DNA of 64,000 nt from Chloroflexota bacterium (GTDB lineage: Bacteria; Chloroflexota; UBA11872; VXOZ01), in contig OZ244922.1 in NCBI GenBank assembly GCA_965221905.1, positions 1,344,001 to 1,408,000 of the forward strand, given 5' to 3'. A model generated the notes under the pieces. It searched no databases. It had not been told where the DNA came from and saw only the letters and a program-made list of their open reading frames with translations. The first letter of the stretch is position 1; each line of letters begins with the position of its first letter. Both the position numbers and the translations under genes were made by a program. This document shows, piece after piece, positions 1 to 9,966 of the stretch.

Positions 1-564
1 CATAGCACCAGCTTCTTCGGCCGGTAGGCCGATACCAAACACAGAGGCGACAATAGCCACAATGATGAACATCACAATCCAGCCGATGATTGCGGTCAAG
101 ACAGCCTTGCCGGTACCTACGTCGAGTGCCTGGCGAATCGCGATGAGGCCTGCGAGGAGAACCCAAATAAGTAGGGCGAGCCGCAGCAAGCCGCCAAGCA
201 ACGGAATGCCTCCAAGAATGCCTGTAAAGATCAGTAGCACGTTTGGCGACTGGGCAAAGCCGAGCGTACGGAGCATCTCACCATACGTGGCGGTGCCGCC
301 GAATATTTTGGCGCCGATGATGTAGGTGACCAACGCCCAGGCCAGCCAGCCGAGTACTGCGACAAGGATGCCGCCAACGAGACCCGTTACGGCATCGATT
401 GGGCTCAGGGTTAAGAGCTTCCATAGGGCGCTGCCGATACCGCTGGCAAGGGCAACGATGAGCACCACTTGCATGGCTTGACTGGTAGCAGATTGGTCGT
501 GCTCCACCTCCTCATAGAGACTGGTATCGAGCATAGCGGCGCGGATCATGCGGTTGACGAGCAT
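1..564 (-). CDS. Yip1-domain membrane protein (3' end runs off the window)
   Basis: Not in the ORF track. Minus-strand ATG at 564 with AGAAAGGAAG RBS reads MLVNRMIRAAMLDTSLYEEVEHDQSASTSQAMQVV..., later ...GGTATYGEMLRTLGFAQSP; clear paralog of 822..1406. Confidence 0.8.
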   Translation of the reverse strand, partial: MLVNRMIRAAMLDTSLYEEVEHDQSATSQAMQVVLIVALASGIGSALWKLLTLSPIDAVTGLVGGILVAVLGWLAWALVTYIIGAKIFGGTATYGEMLRTLGFAQSPNVLLIFTGILGGIPLLGGLLRLALLIWVLLAGLIAIRQALDVGTGKAVLTAIIGWIVMFIIVAIVASVFGIGLPAEEAGAM

Positions 565-821
565 GGCGTCTTCCTTTCTGTGTGCTTCTGCAACTCTCTC
601 TACACGGTGCCACCCACAAAGCGACAAAACATACTTGCAGTTCTTGCTACATGCTAGCAGAGGAACTTAGAAAAAGCAATGTATGTGTTAAGTATCTTAA
701 GTTTCTATGGCCTTAAGCTTGTCCTGGAATTGTCCTGGTACTGCGTGCGTTCTCCCATGCCCACGGACTTCTCTGCTCGCATCACGCTGATCGGGGCTCC
801 GGCAGTGCCGGGACCGGCCCA

Positions 822-1406
822 TTAGAGGCCTTCTACTTGGAAATTCTCAGGGAAGAACGCAAACGTAATGGATAGCGAAATTACGATCAAGACGATGGCA
901 GTGATGAGCGTAGTGATTGTCGCTTTGCCGGTGCTAATGCCCAGGGTCTGCCGGGTTGCGATGACGTCGACTATCAGGACCCAAAGTACTGCCGCGAGTC
1001 CCAAGAGACCTCCCAGGGCGGCCCCGGCAAACGGAACGAATACCAGCGGCACGGTAAGAATGGTAATCACCGACGGCGATTGGGCGAATGCAAGGGCGCG
1101 GAGCATTTCCACGTAGCTGCCGGTACCGCCAAAGAGGCCGGTGCCAATGAGATAGGCGAGCAATGCCCAAAGCAACCAACCGAAGACTGCGGTAGCGGCG
1201 GAGACCGCGATGTTGTTGAGCATGTTTGTCTGTAGAGCAGAATCTACCGGGGCGTTGAGTGCCTGCACCACGCTGCTAATGACGCCGATGACGGCAACGA
1301 TGACAATGACCTGCACGGCTTGGAACATGGCCGCGCGGTCTTCCTTGATCTCATCGAACACCAGCGGATCGAGCATGGCGGCACGGAACATGCGGTCGGC
1401 AAGCAT
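822..1406 (-). CDS. Yip1-domain membrane protein
   Basis: AAAGGAGGAG RBS; MLADRMFRAAMLDP..F.EI, multiple TM helices, GGTGSYVEMLRALAFAQSP motif. Confidence 0.75.
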   Translation of the reverse strand: MLADRMFRAAMLDPLVFDEIKEDRAAMFQAVQVIVIVAVIGVISSVVQALNAPVDSALQTNMLNNIAVSAATAVFGWLLWALLAYLIGTGLFGGTGSYVEMLRALAFAQSPSVITILTVPLVFVPFAGAALGGLLGLAAVLWVLIVDVIATRQTLGISTGKATITTLITAIVLIVISLSITFAFFPENFQVEGL

Positions 1407-1493
1407 AGCTCCTCCTTTTCTGTGCCCTTATGTAGAAATCGCTAGTATCGCGCCTCAAGAACCCAATGACATCAAAAGAGCATCGTACGAGCT

Positions 1494-1517
1494 GTAGCGC
1501 GGGGGCTTGTCCCCCGC
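1494..1517 (+). repeat. GTAG-type REP-like palindrome
   Basis: GTAGCGCGGGGGCTTGTCCCCCGC: GTAG tetranucleotide followed by a hairpin; related copy near 29629. Confidence 0.6.
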
Positions 1518-1885
1518 CTGATGGCAGAATCGGCCGTATAGCCAATGCGGCGCAGAAATCCCAAACAGGACAGGATGCATCACGCTCCCGCCGCAAGGCT
1601 GTGCAGTATCCGGTATGATGCACGCTTTACAGCGGTCTCGCGGCAAGCAAACTATGTTCCGAAGACCCTCTCTCGCACTATATATTGAAGAGGCTGCAAC
1701 GATTTGTCAATGTTCGGTATGTCGGCGCGCGCAACGTTGCACTTAGCGCTTGCCACATGCGTTATCTTGTTTGTGCGCCTTGACAGTAGCGTGCTGCCGC
1801 AGCAGGATAGCAACTAACGAAAGATAGAGCCTGCAAGTCAAGCGAGAACGTTGCAAGGGACATCCAGAAAGAGGAGCTAAAGACC

Positions 1886-2725
1886 ATGAGCGTTGCCATT
1901 GCAGAGCCAAGACAACTCTCCGTCGACGATGTGGATTTCTACAATGAGCACGGGTACCTGCGGTTGAAGCAGGTCTTCGATCCGCAGGAGCTAGCGGCGC
2001 TCAGCGAAGAGCTCGACCACATCATTCAGTACTTCGCGACCCACGGCAAGGGGTGGTCCGGGCCGTGGCGCAAGCAACTGATGCAGAGCGACGTGGAGAC
2101 CAAGAGCCTCTTGGTGACCATCCACGAACTGCAGAGCTATAGCGCCGCCTGGGCGCGGGCGCTGGTGCAGGAGCGGCTGGTGCAGTCAATTGCGGACATC
2201 ATTGGGCCGGAATTGGAATTTCATCACAGCACCCTGCACGCGAAAGGCCCCGATACCGGCACGCCGTTCCCCATGCATCAGGACTACCCCTTCTACCCCC
2301 ACCAGGACGGACGCTACATTGACGCAATCTTGCACATCGACACCGCCGATGAGACGAGCGGCTGCCTGAAGTTCCTGGAAGGCAGCCACAAACTGGGGCC
2401 GCTGGAGCACAGCCGCGAGGGCTCGCCTCACCTCGATCAGAACGTGTACCGCCTTCAAGACGCCGTGTCCGTGCCGGCAGACCCGGGCGACGTGGTGCTC
2501 TTCAGCATTTGGACGATCCACGGCTCCGCGCTCAACGAACAGCCCCGCTGGCGGCGCGTAGTGCGCTTCGGCTACCGCAACCCGCGCAATCTCCAGGTGA
2601 GCGGTCAGGCCATGGGACGCCCCGGCACCCTTGTGCGCGGCGTCCGCCCCAAGCTGGAAAGCCAGTCCATCGAGGTCTACGGCAACTGGGGTCCACAAGC
2701 GGTAGCGCCAAGAGATGACGATTAG
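1886..2725 (+). CDS. Phytanoyl-CoA dioxygenase (PhyH) family Fe(II)/2OG dioxygenase
   Basis: FYNEHGYL; HQD iron motif; GCLKFLEGSHK; PGDVVLFSIWTIHGS..N....RR; GAGGAG RBS. Confidence 0.9.
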   Translation: MSVAIAEPRQLSVDDVDFYNEHGYLRLKQVFDPQELAALSEELDHIIQYFATHGKGWSGPWRKQLMQSDVETKSLLVTIHELQSYSAAWARALVQERLVQSIADIIGPELEFHHSTLHAKGPDTGTPFPMHQDYPFYPHQDGRYIDAILHIDTADETSGCLKFLEGSHKLGPLEHSREGSPHLDQNVYRLQDAVSVPADPGDVVLFSIWTIHGSALNEQPRWRRVVRFGYRNPRNLQVSGQAMGRPGTLVRGVRPKLESQSIEVYGNWGPQAVAPRDDD

Positions 2726-2815
2726 ACTGAGACTTACATAGATTACACTCGTCGAGCGCACAATGCAGTGCTCCGACCTGCAGAAGCCATAGGAACCTTA
2801 GAAGGACTGGGAATA

Positions 2816-3586
2816 GTGATCCGCTTTGGGTATCGCACGCCGGGGTTGAAGGCGCTTTCGTTTCGGGAGAAGGTGCAGCTTGCGGTGGACTTGGGATTGC
2901 CCGCCATCGAGGTGGCGCGGACGGAGTTTGCGTCGCTGGAGGACTGCAAAGAACTAAAGGCGGCGAGCGCGGAGCTGGGCGTAGAGGTGACGTCCATGGG
3001 CGGCGCAATGGGCCTGTGCAACCCGGCTCTCCGGGAAGAGATCCTGGAACAGCTCGAGTTCGCGCTCGACGCGTGCGAGGAGTTGGATGTTGACATCTTC
3101 TTCACGCGCGCCATGTCGCCGGCGCCGGGCGTGCCTCAAGCCGATACGTGGGAAGCGTGCGCGGACATCACGCGCGCGGTCTGCGAGCGGTCGGCGGAGC
3201 GCGGCATCCGCTTTGCGCTGGAGGCCGATCCGCCCTGTTTCGTGCACACGTTGGAACGGGTCGAGCGGCTGATGGAGATGGTCGATCACCCGAACTTCTG
3301 GCTGAACTACGATCCCACTAATTACTATGTCGTCGGCAGCGACCCGCTGCAGGTCATCACGCGCCACGCCGACCGCATCATCAACGGCCACATCAAGGAC
3401 GGCGTGTACCACGCCGACGAAAAGGGCGAGCGCCCGGTGGGTACTGGTGAGGTGCCGTACGGGGAGATCTTCCGCGCGCTCCTCGACCGGGGCCTCGACA
3501 TCGCCATGCACATTGAGCACTGCAACTCGGTCAAGTGCGTGGCTGAGGCGGCAGCGCACGTGAAAGCGGTCATGGCGTCTTTGTAG
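2816..3586 (+). CDS. Sugar phosphate isomerase/epimerase (AP endonuclease 2 TIM barrel)
   Basis: ALE, NYDPTN, HIKD, GTGEVPY, IEH metal motifs; GTG start at 2816 after GAAGGA. Confidence 0.85.
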   Translation: MIRFGYRTPGLKALSFREKVQLAVDLGLPAIEVARTEFASLEDCKELKAASAELGVEVTSMGGAMGLCNPALREEILEQLEFALDACEELDVDIFFTRAMSPAPGVPQADTWEACADITRAVCERSAERGIRFALEADPPCFVHTLERVERLMEMVDHPNFWLNYDPTNYYVVGSDPLQVITRHADRIINGHIKDGVYHADEKGERPVGTGEVPYGEIFRALLDRGLDIAMHIEHCNSVKCVAEAAAHVKAVMASL

Positions 3587-3727
3587 ATGACGGCGTATGC
3601 GCGGGGCCATTGGGCACAGCTTCCGCTTCTTGGTGATTGACCGCTACTTCTGCTGTTTGGCTTGGTACTTTCCTTCCAGGTGAGCGCGTTTCCTAGTGGC
3701 CCCATGTTCTCTTTCCGGCCAATTGGT

Positions 3728-3800
3728 CGCAGGTTGCAAACCTGCGCTACCGGTCAGCAAACCCCCGCCACCGGTCAGCAAACCCCCGCTACCGGTCAGC
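3728..3800 (-). repeat. GTAG REP (GTAGCGCAGGTTTGCAACCTGCG) plus ~2.5 copies of a 21-bp tandem unit
   Basis: cgcaggttgcaaacctgcgctac at 3728-3750, then (cggtcagcaaacccccgcYac) repeated. Confidence 0.75.
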
Positions 3801-3953
3801 AAGCCTTGAAGTTCCTCACGATTTAGTATTTCTCGCTGCCTGATCGCCGGAGCGGCACGCTTCGCGGGCGTGGTACCATACTCCCTGCACACGGCAGGAA
3901 ATCGCGCGCCGTTTTACACGGCGCGATTTCGTTTTGTAGGAGGCAGACGCTCC

Positions 3954-5276
3954 GTGCAGACTGCGCAAGATGCGACGGCGGTGACCGGCTACTTCCAAGC
4001 GCTGCGGCTCTTCAACCGCAATGTGCGGATATTCATTCTCAGCGCCCTGCTCCTGGGATTCGCCTTCTTCGGCATCTATGCCGTACTCCTCAATCTCTAC
4101 CTGTTGCGCTTGGGATACGGTCCCACGGTTATCGGCCTTGTTAATGGCATGGGATTTGTGGCGTACGCACTATTCAGTTTGCCCGCTGGGGCCTTGGGGG
4201 CGCGCTATGGCACGCGGCGCATGCTGCAGGTGGGGTTTGTGCTCGCGGCTGTGGGCATGGGGTTGCTGCCGGCGGCGCAATTCCTCTCCGGCAACGTGCA
4301 GGTGGCCTGGATCGTGGCCACGTACACGCTGACCTCGATGGGGCTCGATGCCTACTTCGTGAACAGCAACCCGTTCATGATTCAGTTCACGACGCCGCGC
4401 GAACGTATGTACCTTTACTCTCTGCGCGTAGGGATGAGTCCCATGGCGGCATTTGTCGGTGCTCTGGTGGGCGGATTTTTGCCTGGGACGCTAGCGAGAT
4501 TGCTCCCAATTACCGATACGGCTTCTTTTGCGCTGGCGCTCCTCGTGGCGCCGGTCGCGTTGCTGATCGGTGTCGTAGCGCTCTTCAGCACCAGAGCGAT
4601 AGCCGTGCCTGCGGAGGAGGAAGACCGCCCCGAGCGCACCGGCAGCGCCGCCTCGACCGCATTGCCAGTGCTCCTGATAACAATGATGGGGTTGGTCATC
4701 ATGCTGCGTATGGCCGCGGAGGGGGCGCAACGCACCTTTTTCAACGTCTACTTGGAAGAGATACTGGTGATGCCCACCGCGCACATCGGCATGCTGGCCG
4801 CGTGCGGCCAGCTTGTGGGAGGATTTGGCGCCCTCTCGGCTCCCTTCCTCACGCGGCGCTGGAGCTTGGAGCGGGTGATATTTTGGGCAAGTCTGGGGAT
4901 GGCCGGCAGTGCCGTAGTCTTTGCGCTTATACCGCATTGGGCCGCGGCGGCGGTGGGATATGCGGGATTGGTCAGCTTTACCTACATTCAGCGTCCCTGC
5001 AGCCTGCGCTTTACGATGGAAGTAGTGCCGAAACGCTGGCGGGAGACGGCCGCGGGCGTTGCCAACATGGTGGCGGGGATCGGCTGGGGTACGATGGGTT
5101 TTTCCGGCGGCTACTTGGTAGGCGCGTACGGCTACCAAGGCTTCTTTCTGGCCGGCGCGACCCTCACCGGAATCAGCGCCGTGATCTTCTTCTGGTACTT
5201 TGGCATACCCCATAGCACTCTCTCGAAAGGGCAGCGCGCCGATACCCTAGAGAGCGTTTCCAATGGGGGGCAGTGA
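3954..5276 (+). CDS. MFS transporter
   Basis: ~12 TM; GALGARYGTRR motif A; AGGAGG RBS before GTG at 3954. Confidence 0.85.
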   Translation: MQTAQDATAVTGYFQALRLFNRNVRIFILSALLLGFAFFGIYAVLLNLYLLRLGYGPTVIGLVNGMGFVAYALFSLPAGALGARYGTRRMLQVGFVLAAVGMGLLPAAQFLSGNVQVAWIVATYTLTSMGLDAYFVNSNPFMIQFTTPRERMYLYSLRVGMSPMAAFVGALVGGFLPGTLARLLPITDTASFALALLVAPVALLIGVVALFSTRAIAVPAEEEDRPERTGSAASTALPVLLITMMGLVIMLRMAAEGAQRTFFNVYLEEILVMPTAHIGMLAACGQLVGGFGALSAPFLTRRWSLERVIFWASLGMAGSAVVFALIPHWAAAAVGYAGLVSFTYIQRPCSLRFTMEVVPKRWRETAAGVANMVAGIGWGTMGFSGGYLVGAYGYQGFFLAGATLTGISAVIFFWYFGIPHSTLSKGQRADTLESVSNGGQ

Positions 5277-5386
5277 AACGTCATGCATTCGCCCCCGTAT
5301 CGAGTACGGGACAGGCTCACAACGAACGGCTCTTGCAATATTGAATACAACCTCTAAGACAGCTCTGAGACTTTGCAGAATCTCTC

Positions 5387-6274
5387 TTAGATTAGCTGGG
5401 GCCAGTCTCGGCCGTGCTCTTGGAATTGTTCCCGCAGGGAACGCAAGACGGCGGCGGGCAGCGGCCCTTCAGCCACCTGCTCAATATTGCTTGAGAGTTG
5501 GTCCAAACTGTCGATGCCGACAATGGCTGTTTCGATGTAGTCGAACGAATGGCAGAAACGCAATGCCAGCGCCACGCCGTTATCGGGCGCGCCCTCCGGC
5601 ACCGTGAAATGCTGCGCGCGCCGCCAGTACTCGTCCGCATAGCCGTAGGGCGAGGCGGGCCGGTTGAACGCGGCGTTTGCGATGGGGCGCTTGGCTATGA
5701 TGCCCATGCCGGCTGCTTCAGCGGCGGGGAGAATCTCATCGAGCGCGCTCTGGTCGACGACGTTGAACGACGTGAGCAGTGTGGCAAACACACCCATGCC
5801 TATGGCTTCCAGTGCCGCGTCGTTGTCACCGCTATAGCCGATATATCGGGTCTTGCCGCTGCGCTGGGCATCTTGGAGGGCGCGCACCACGTCTCCCCGG
5901 CGCAACACGTCAACTTCGCAGGTGTGGATGTGAACGAGGTCGAGGTGATCGGTTTGCATGCGGCGCAGCGACTGGTCTATGCCTTGCGTAACCGCGGCGG
6001 CAGTCCATTCCGGTGCGGTGACGCCGCCCGCGGCGTGCCCGCATTTGGTAGTCAGCCAGTATTCGTCGCGGCGGCGGCTGATATATTTACCGAGAGTCTC
6101 CTCGCTTTCGCCGTAGCAGGGCGCGGTGTCGATGTAGTTGACGCCACTATCAAGAAGCGTGTTGAGCAACACCTCGGCTTCTGCCGGAGAGCCAGCATCT
6201 GTGGCGATACGCGCAGCGCCAAATCCCAACCAACTGACGTCCATGTCAGTCCCGCCCAGTCTACGCTTCTCCAT
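5387..6274 (-). CDS. Aldo/keto reductase
   Basis: MEKRRLGGTDMDVSWLGFG, IDTAPCYG.SE, SLRRMQTDHLDLVHIH, GKTRYIG. Confidence 0.92.
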   Translation of the reverse strand: MEKRRLGGTDMDVSWLGFGAARIATDAGSPAEAEVLLNTLLDSGVNYIDTAPCYGESEETLGKYISRRRDEYWLTTKCGHAAGGVTAPEWTAAAVTQGIDQSLRRMQTDHLDLVHIHTCEVDVLRRGDVVRALQDAQRSGKTRYIGYSGDNDAALEAIGMGVFATLLTSFNVVDQSALDEILPAAEAAGMGIIAKRPIANAAFNRPASPYGYADEYWRRAQHFTVPEGAPDNGVALALRFCHSFDYIETAIVGIDSLDQLSSNIEQVAEGPLPAAVLRSLREQFQEHGRDWPQLI

Positions 6275-6423
6275 TCTCAATCTCCAATGCTGAATCGACT
6301 GTTGCGTTGACGCTTTGTGGCGATGAACCATTCCAATTGTACTGCTTCTGTCTTAAGCCAATTTCCCTTTCCGGCCTCCTCATGCAGCAATGTTTGAATG
6401 ACGCGGAAGCGTCCGGGCAGGAC

Positions 6424-7692
6424 TTAGCGGAAGTCCGACGCGAGTCGAGGATCTTTGAAGAAGAATGTGATTCCCAGCGCGAGCAGCGCCAGCGTTAAGG
6501 TAACGATAAAGTAAGGAAGATACCCGGCAAGATCGATCAAAACGCCGCCACCCACTGCGGACAGGCCGAGCATAGGTTGCGCCACTAAGAAGACCACCAT
6601 CGTATACGTGCCCTTGTCGCCCGCGGGGGCAAAGTCCATTGCCAAATTTATGCGAGCGATCATCATGGTAATGAGCGCCGCATTGCCAAGAATCCAGGCT
6701 ATGTAGAATGCCGGCTGCCAAGCAGGCAGCAAGAGCAGCAGAGAGATGAAGAAACCAATGAGCGCGGCGCGCATGAGGAAACGGTGGCCCCGCCTATCGC
6801 CAAGCGATCCGCCCAGCAGCGCGCCGCACGCGCTGGCGATGAATCCTACGGCGGCCAGCAACCCGGCGGCAGCCAGCGGCAGGGCCACTGCGTCAAAGGC
6901 ATAGACGGAGTAGAAGTTCAGTACGGACTGAAAGAGGCCGGTCAAGGCAGCCACGATCAACAACCTCATGAAATCCCGATGGCGCGCCACTTGATCGGTC
7001 AAGGCGCGCGTATACGCGCGGAGCGACTGAAACGACGTGCGCGGCGTCGTTGCCGGCTCAACTATGAGCAGAATGAGAATGTTGCCCAGAATCATGAAGG
7101 TTCCGCCGGCGATGAAAACCAGTGTGAAGTTCGTCGGCCAAGCCCAGGCCGTTAGCAGCCACGTTGCCATGAGTCCGCCTACAACGCCGGTTGTGAGACT
7201 TACGGAAAATTGCCAGCCGCTCACCGTGCCGTAGTGGCGGCCAAAGAGAATGCTCATCAGCTCGAACCCCGGGGCAATGATGGCGCCGAACGTCAGCCAG
7301 GTTAGGGCAAGCAACGTGAACAGGAGGAGGATGGCAACGGCAGGATGCTGCCAGAGTTGCCAAACTACAACGCCGATGAGCACGTAGAAGAGCCCAATTA
7401 GGGCACGTGAACCGGCAAGAAAATGACGCCGCGTCCGCAGCCTTTGATTCAGCATAGCGGCGGGTATCAAGGCAGGCAAAGAGGCGACGTGGGCGAGATA
7501 CACCAAGCCGACAATCGTTCGGGAATCGGTCAACTGCAGGAGCAGCGCGTTGATCACGGGCGGCGCCACAAAGGCGAGGCCGCACCCCCACACCGCCTCG
7601 CAACCCAAGAGAACGGAGAGGTTGCGGCGGTAGGTACGTTCAGTGGAAGGTATATAGAAGAGCGAACGCAGCAACGAAGCCACGCGACTCAT
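6424..7692 (-). CDS. MFS transporter
   Basis: ~12 TM; GSLGDRRGHR motif A in the C-terminal half. Confidence 0.8.
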   Translation of the reverse strand: MSRVASLLRSLFYIPSTERTYRRNLSVLLGCEAVWGCGLAFVAPPVINALLLQLTDSRTIVGLVYLAHVASLPALIPAAMLNQRLRTRRHFLAGSRALIGLFYVLIGVVVWQLWQHPAVAILLLFTLLALTWLTFGAIIAPGFELMSILFGRHYGTVSGWQFSVSLTTGVVGGLMATWLLTAWAWPTNFTLVFIAGGTFMILGNILILLIVEPATTPRTSFQSLRAYTRALTDQVARHRDFMRLLIVAALTGLFQSVLNFYSVYAFDAVALPLAAAGLLAAVGFIASACGALLGGSLGDRRGHRFLMRAALIGFFISLLLLLPAWQPAFYIAWILGNAALITMMIARINLAMDFAPAGDKGTYTMVVFLVAQPMLGLSAVGGGVLIDLAGYLPYFIVTLTLALLALGITFFFKDPRLASDFR

Positions 7693-7749
7693 GGCACACA
7701 ATCCATCGTGCGGAAATGATCACTTATCCAGTGTACGCGCGTCCTCGGC

Positions 7750-8640
7750 CTATTTGTCATCCTGGGGAATGGCGTGAGGGTAGTGGCCGCCCGTATCGTC
7801 AAAGGGACGGTGCTTTTCGGAGAGCTCGTAGGTGAGGATCTTTTCCATAGTGTTGCCCCAGACGCCTTGCTGGATGTCGGGCGGCACGCCGAGCACGTCC
7901 ATGCAATTCCGGTAGTCGTTCATCACGTCTTCCATAAGGAAGTACGGTACGTCGGTGCCAAAGATAATCTTCTCCCAGGCGTCGCGTCCCCAAGGATCGC
8001 GATACTGGCTGTCGCGCCGCCACCACAGGATTTTGCCCACGTCCTCCGGAGCCAGCATCTTCAGGGTCGAGCCGGTGATGTCCATGTAAAGGTTCGGATT
8101 CCAGCGCAGTACCATGCCGCCCTCGTACCACCAGGGATTGCCCAAGTGGGCACCGATCATGACGAGTTCGGGCACCTGCCGCGCAATATAGTCAAGATGC
8201 ACCGGCATCATGCGGCCTGAATGGATGTCATTCTCTTTATCACCGGCGTGGCGGGCGACAATGCCTTGGTGGAAGAGAATGGGCATTTCGAGGTCGGCGG
8301 CTTTTTGATAGGTGGGTAAGTAGGAGCGGTCGTCGTAGGCTTTGCGGGTCTTGATAAACTTCAGACCTTTGAAGCCGTTGTCATAGAGCTGCTGCACGGT
8401 ATCTTCCGCATTGGGGTCTAGCGCTGGGTCCAGCCACCCGAAGCCGACGAGTTTTTCCGGGTGTTTCTTGATGGCTTTCTCAATTTCAACGTTTGAGCTT
8501 CCCGGTCCGGTCGTGTTGGTAGCCAGCAGGACTGTTTTGTCAACGCCGAGCTTAGCCATAGTGTCGATGAGTTTGTCTGCGTAGTCTCTTTCCTGGCCGA
8601 GGTGATGATGAGCGTCTATGACCACGGGTATTCCTCCCAA
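7750..8640 (-). CDS. Amidohydrolase_2 family protein
   Basis: IDAHHH, GFKGLK, PILFHQG, IGAHLG, IFGTDVP; start uncertain, probably the GTG at VVID. Confidence 0.88.
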   Translation of the reverse strand: MGGIPVVIDAHHHLGQERDYADKLIDTMAKLGVDKTVLLATNTTGPGSSNVEIEKAIKKHPEKLVGFGWLDPALDPNAEDTVQQLYDNGFKGLKFIKTRKAYDDRSYLPTYQKAADLEMPILFHQGIVARHAGDKENDIHSGRMMPVHLDYIARQVPELVMIGAHLGNPWWYEGGMVLRWNPNLYMDITGSTLKMLAPEDVGKILWWRRDSQYRDPWGRDAWEKIIFGTDVPYFLMEDVMNDYRNCMDVLGVPPDIQQGVWGNTMEKILTYELSEKHRPFDDTGGHYPHAIPQDDK

Positions 8641-9051
8641 TAAGCATAAAGTGTTTCAAGGTTAACCAATGGCGATTATATATCATTGGCCCGCACTGGG
8701 AATTCACGGTAGTGGCGGGGGGCTCTTGTCGGCCCGACGACCGGCAACAAGGGTATTCTTGATTTGCAAAGGGAAGTAGCGCGGGTCTTGTGCCCCGTAG
8801 CGACTGGTACGTTGAGGCCCAGTCAGTTCAGTCCGGCAGCCGGCCGTACCTTCTCGACTCTTGCTAAAGCGTGGAAACACAGAAACAGACGTTGCTGGAG
8901 TAGACGTGCAGTTGTAATATAAACTTGTGAAGATAGTATGTTCAACATGGTTAAGTGAAAGACCAGTCCTGCGTCGATAGCAGTTTGTCAATCTAAACCT
9001 TGGATGGTACGATTGTTGGTGAATACTGTTAAGAGTTGAGATGGGTCTTCC

Positions 9052-9966
9052 GTGTCGGCAATTGAAGTAGAAAACCTGCATAAGTCATACGGCGACCTCA
9101 AGGCCGTAGACGGCCTCAGTCTTGACGTCGAGGAGGGCGAGGTCTTTGGCTTGCTGGGCCCAAATGGCGCCGGCAAGACCACGACTGTAGAGATTCTCAT
9201 TGGTCTGCGCCAGCGGGATAGCGGCGACGTGCGCGTGATGGGGTTCGATCCGGCGCAAGAGGGCGATGCGGTCAAGGCGCAGATTGGCGTGCAGCTTCAG
9301 CAAACGCAACTCTACCCGCTGCTCAGCGTCGAAGAGATGCTGCGACTCTTTGCCAGCTTCTACAGCAACAGTGTGTCGATTGACGATCTCCTTGAGTTGG
9401 TGGGGTTGCACGAGCGCCGCAAGGCAAAGTACCAGCACCTCTCCGGCGGCCAGAAGCAGCGGCTTTCCTTAGCGCTGACGCTCATAAACGATCCTGAGCT
9501 GGTGTTCTTGGATGAGCCCACCACCGGTCTCGATCCCCAAGCCCGCCGCGCACTTTGGGAAATTGTTGAGCAAATGCGGCAGCAAGGTAAGACCGTACTG
9601 CTCACTACGCACTACATGGAAGAAGCGGAAGTCCTCTGCCGGCGTGTGGCTATCATCGATCACGGCAAGATTCTTGCCCTTGGGGCGCCCCGCGATCTGA
9701 TAGAAGAATTCGTACCGGAAAGGGCAATCGAGGTGACGATCTCATCTAACGAAGAGAAAGGCCGGCTGGAAGAACTGCCCGCGGTCTCGCACGTAGAGAT
9801 CAAGGATGGGATTGCTGCCATTCATTCCACAAACATTCGCGAATCCATGACGGCCATCCTACAGGGGTCGGGCGATCTCGCCGTGAGTTTGGATGACTTG
9901 CGAATTCAACGAGGCACATTGGAAGACGTGTTTCTCCATCTCACGGGAAGGACTATTCGCGAGTGA
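9052..9966 (+). CDS. ABC-2 type exporter ATP-binding protein
   Basis: Walker A GPNGAGKT, LSGGQ, Walker B VFLDEPT, TTH; C-terminal TLEDVFL.LTG. Confidence 0.95.
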   Translation: MSAIEVENLHKSYGDLKAVDGLSLDVEEGEVFGLLGPNGAGKTTTVEILIGLRQRDSGDVRVMGFDPAQEGDAVKAQIGVQLQQTQLYPLLSVEEMLRLFASFYSNSVSIDDLLELVGLHERRKAKYQHLSGGQKQRLSLALTLINDPELVFLDEPTTGLDPQARRALWEIVEQMRQQGKTVLLTTHYMEEAEVLCRRVAIIDHGKILALGAPRDLIEEFVPERAIEVTISSNEEKGRLEELPAVSHVEIKDGIAAIHSTNIRESMTAILQGSGDLAVSLDDLRIQRGTLEDVFLHLTGRTIRE

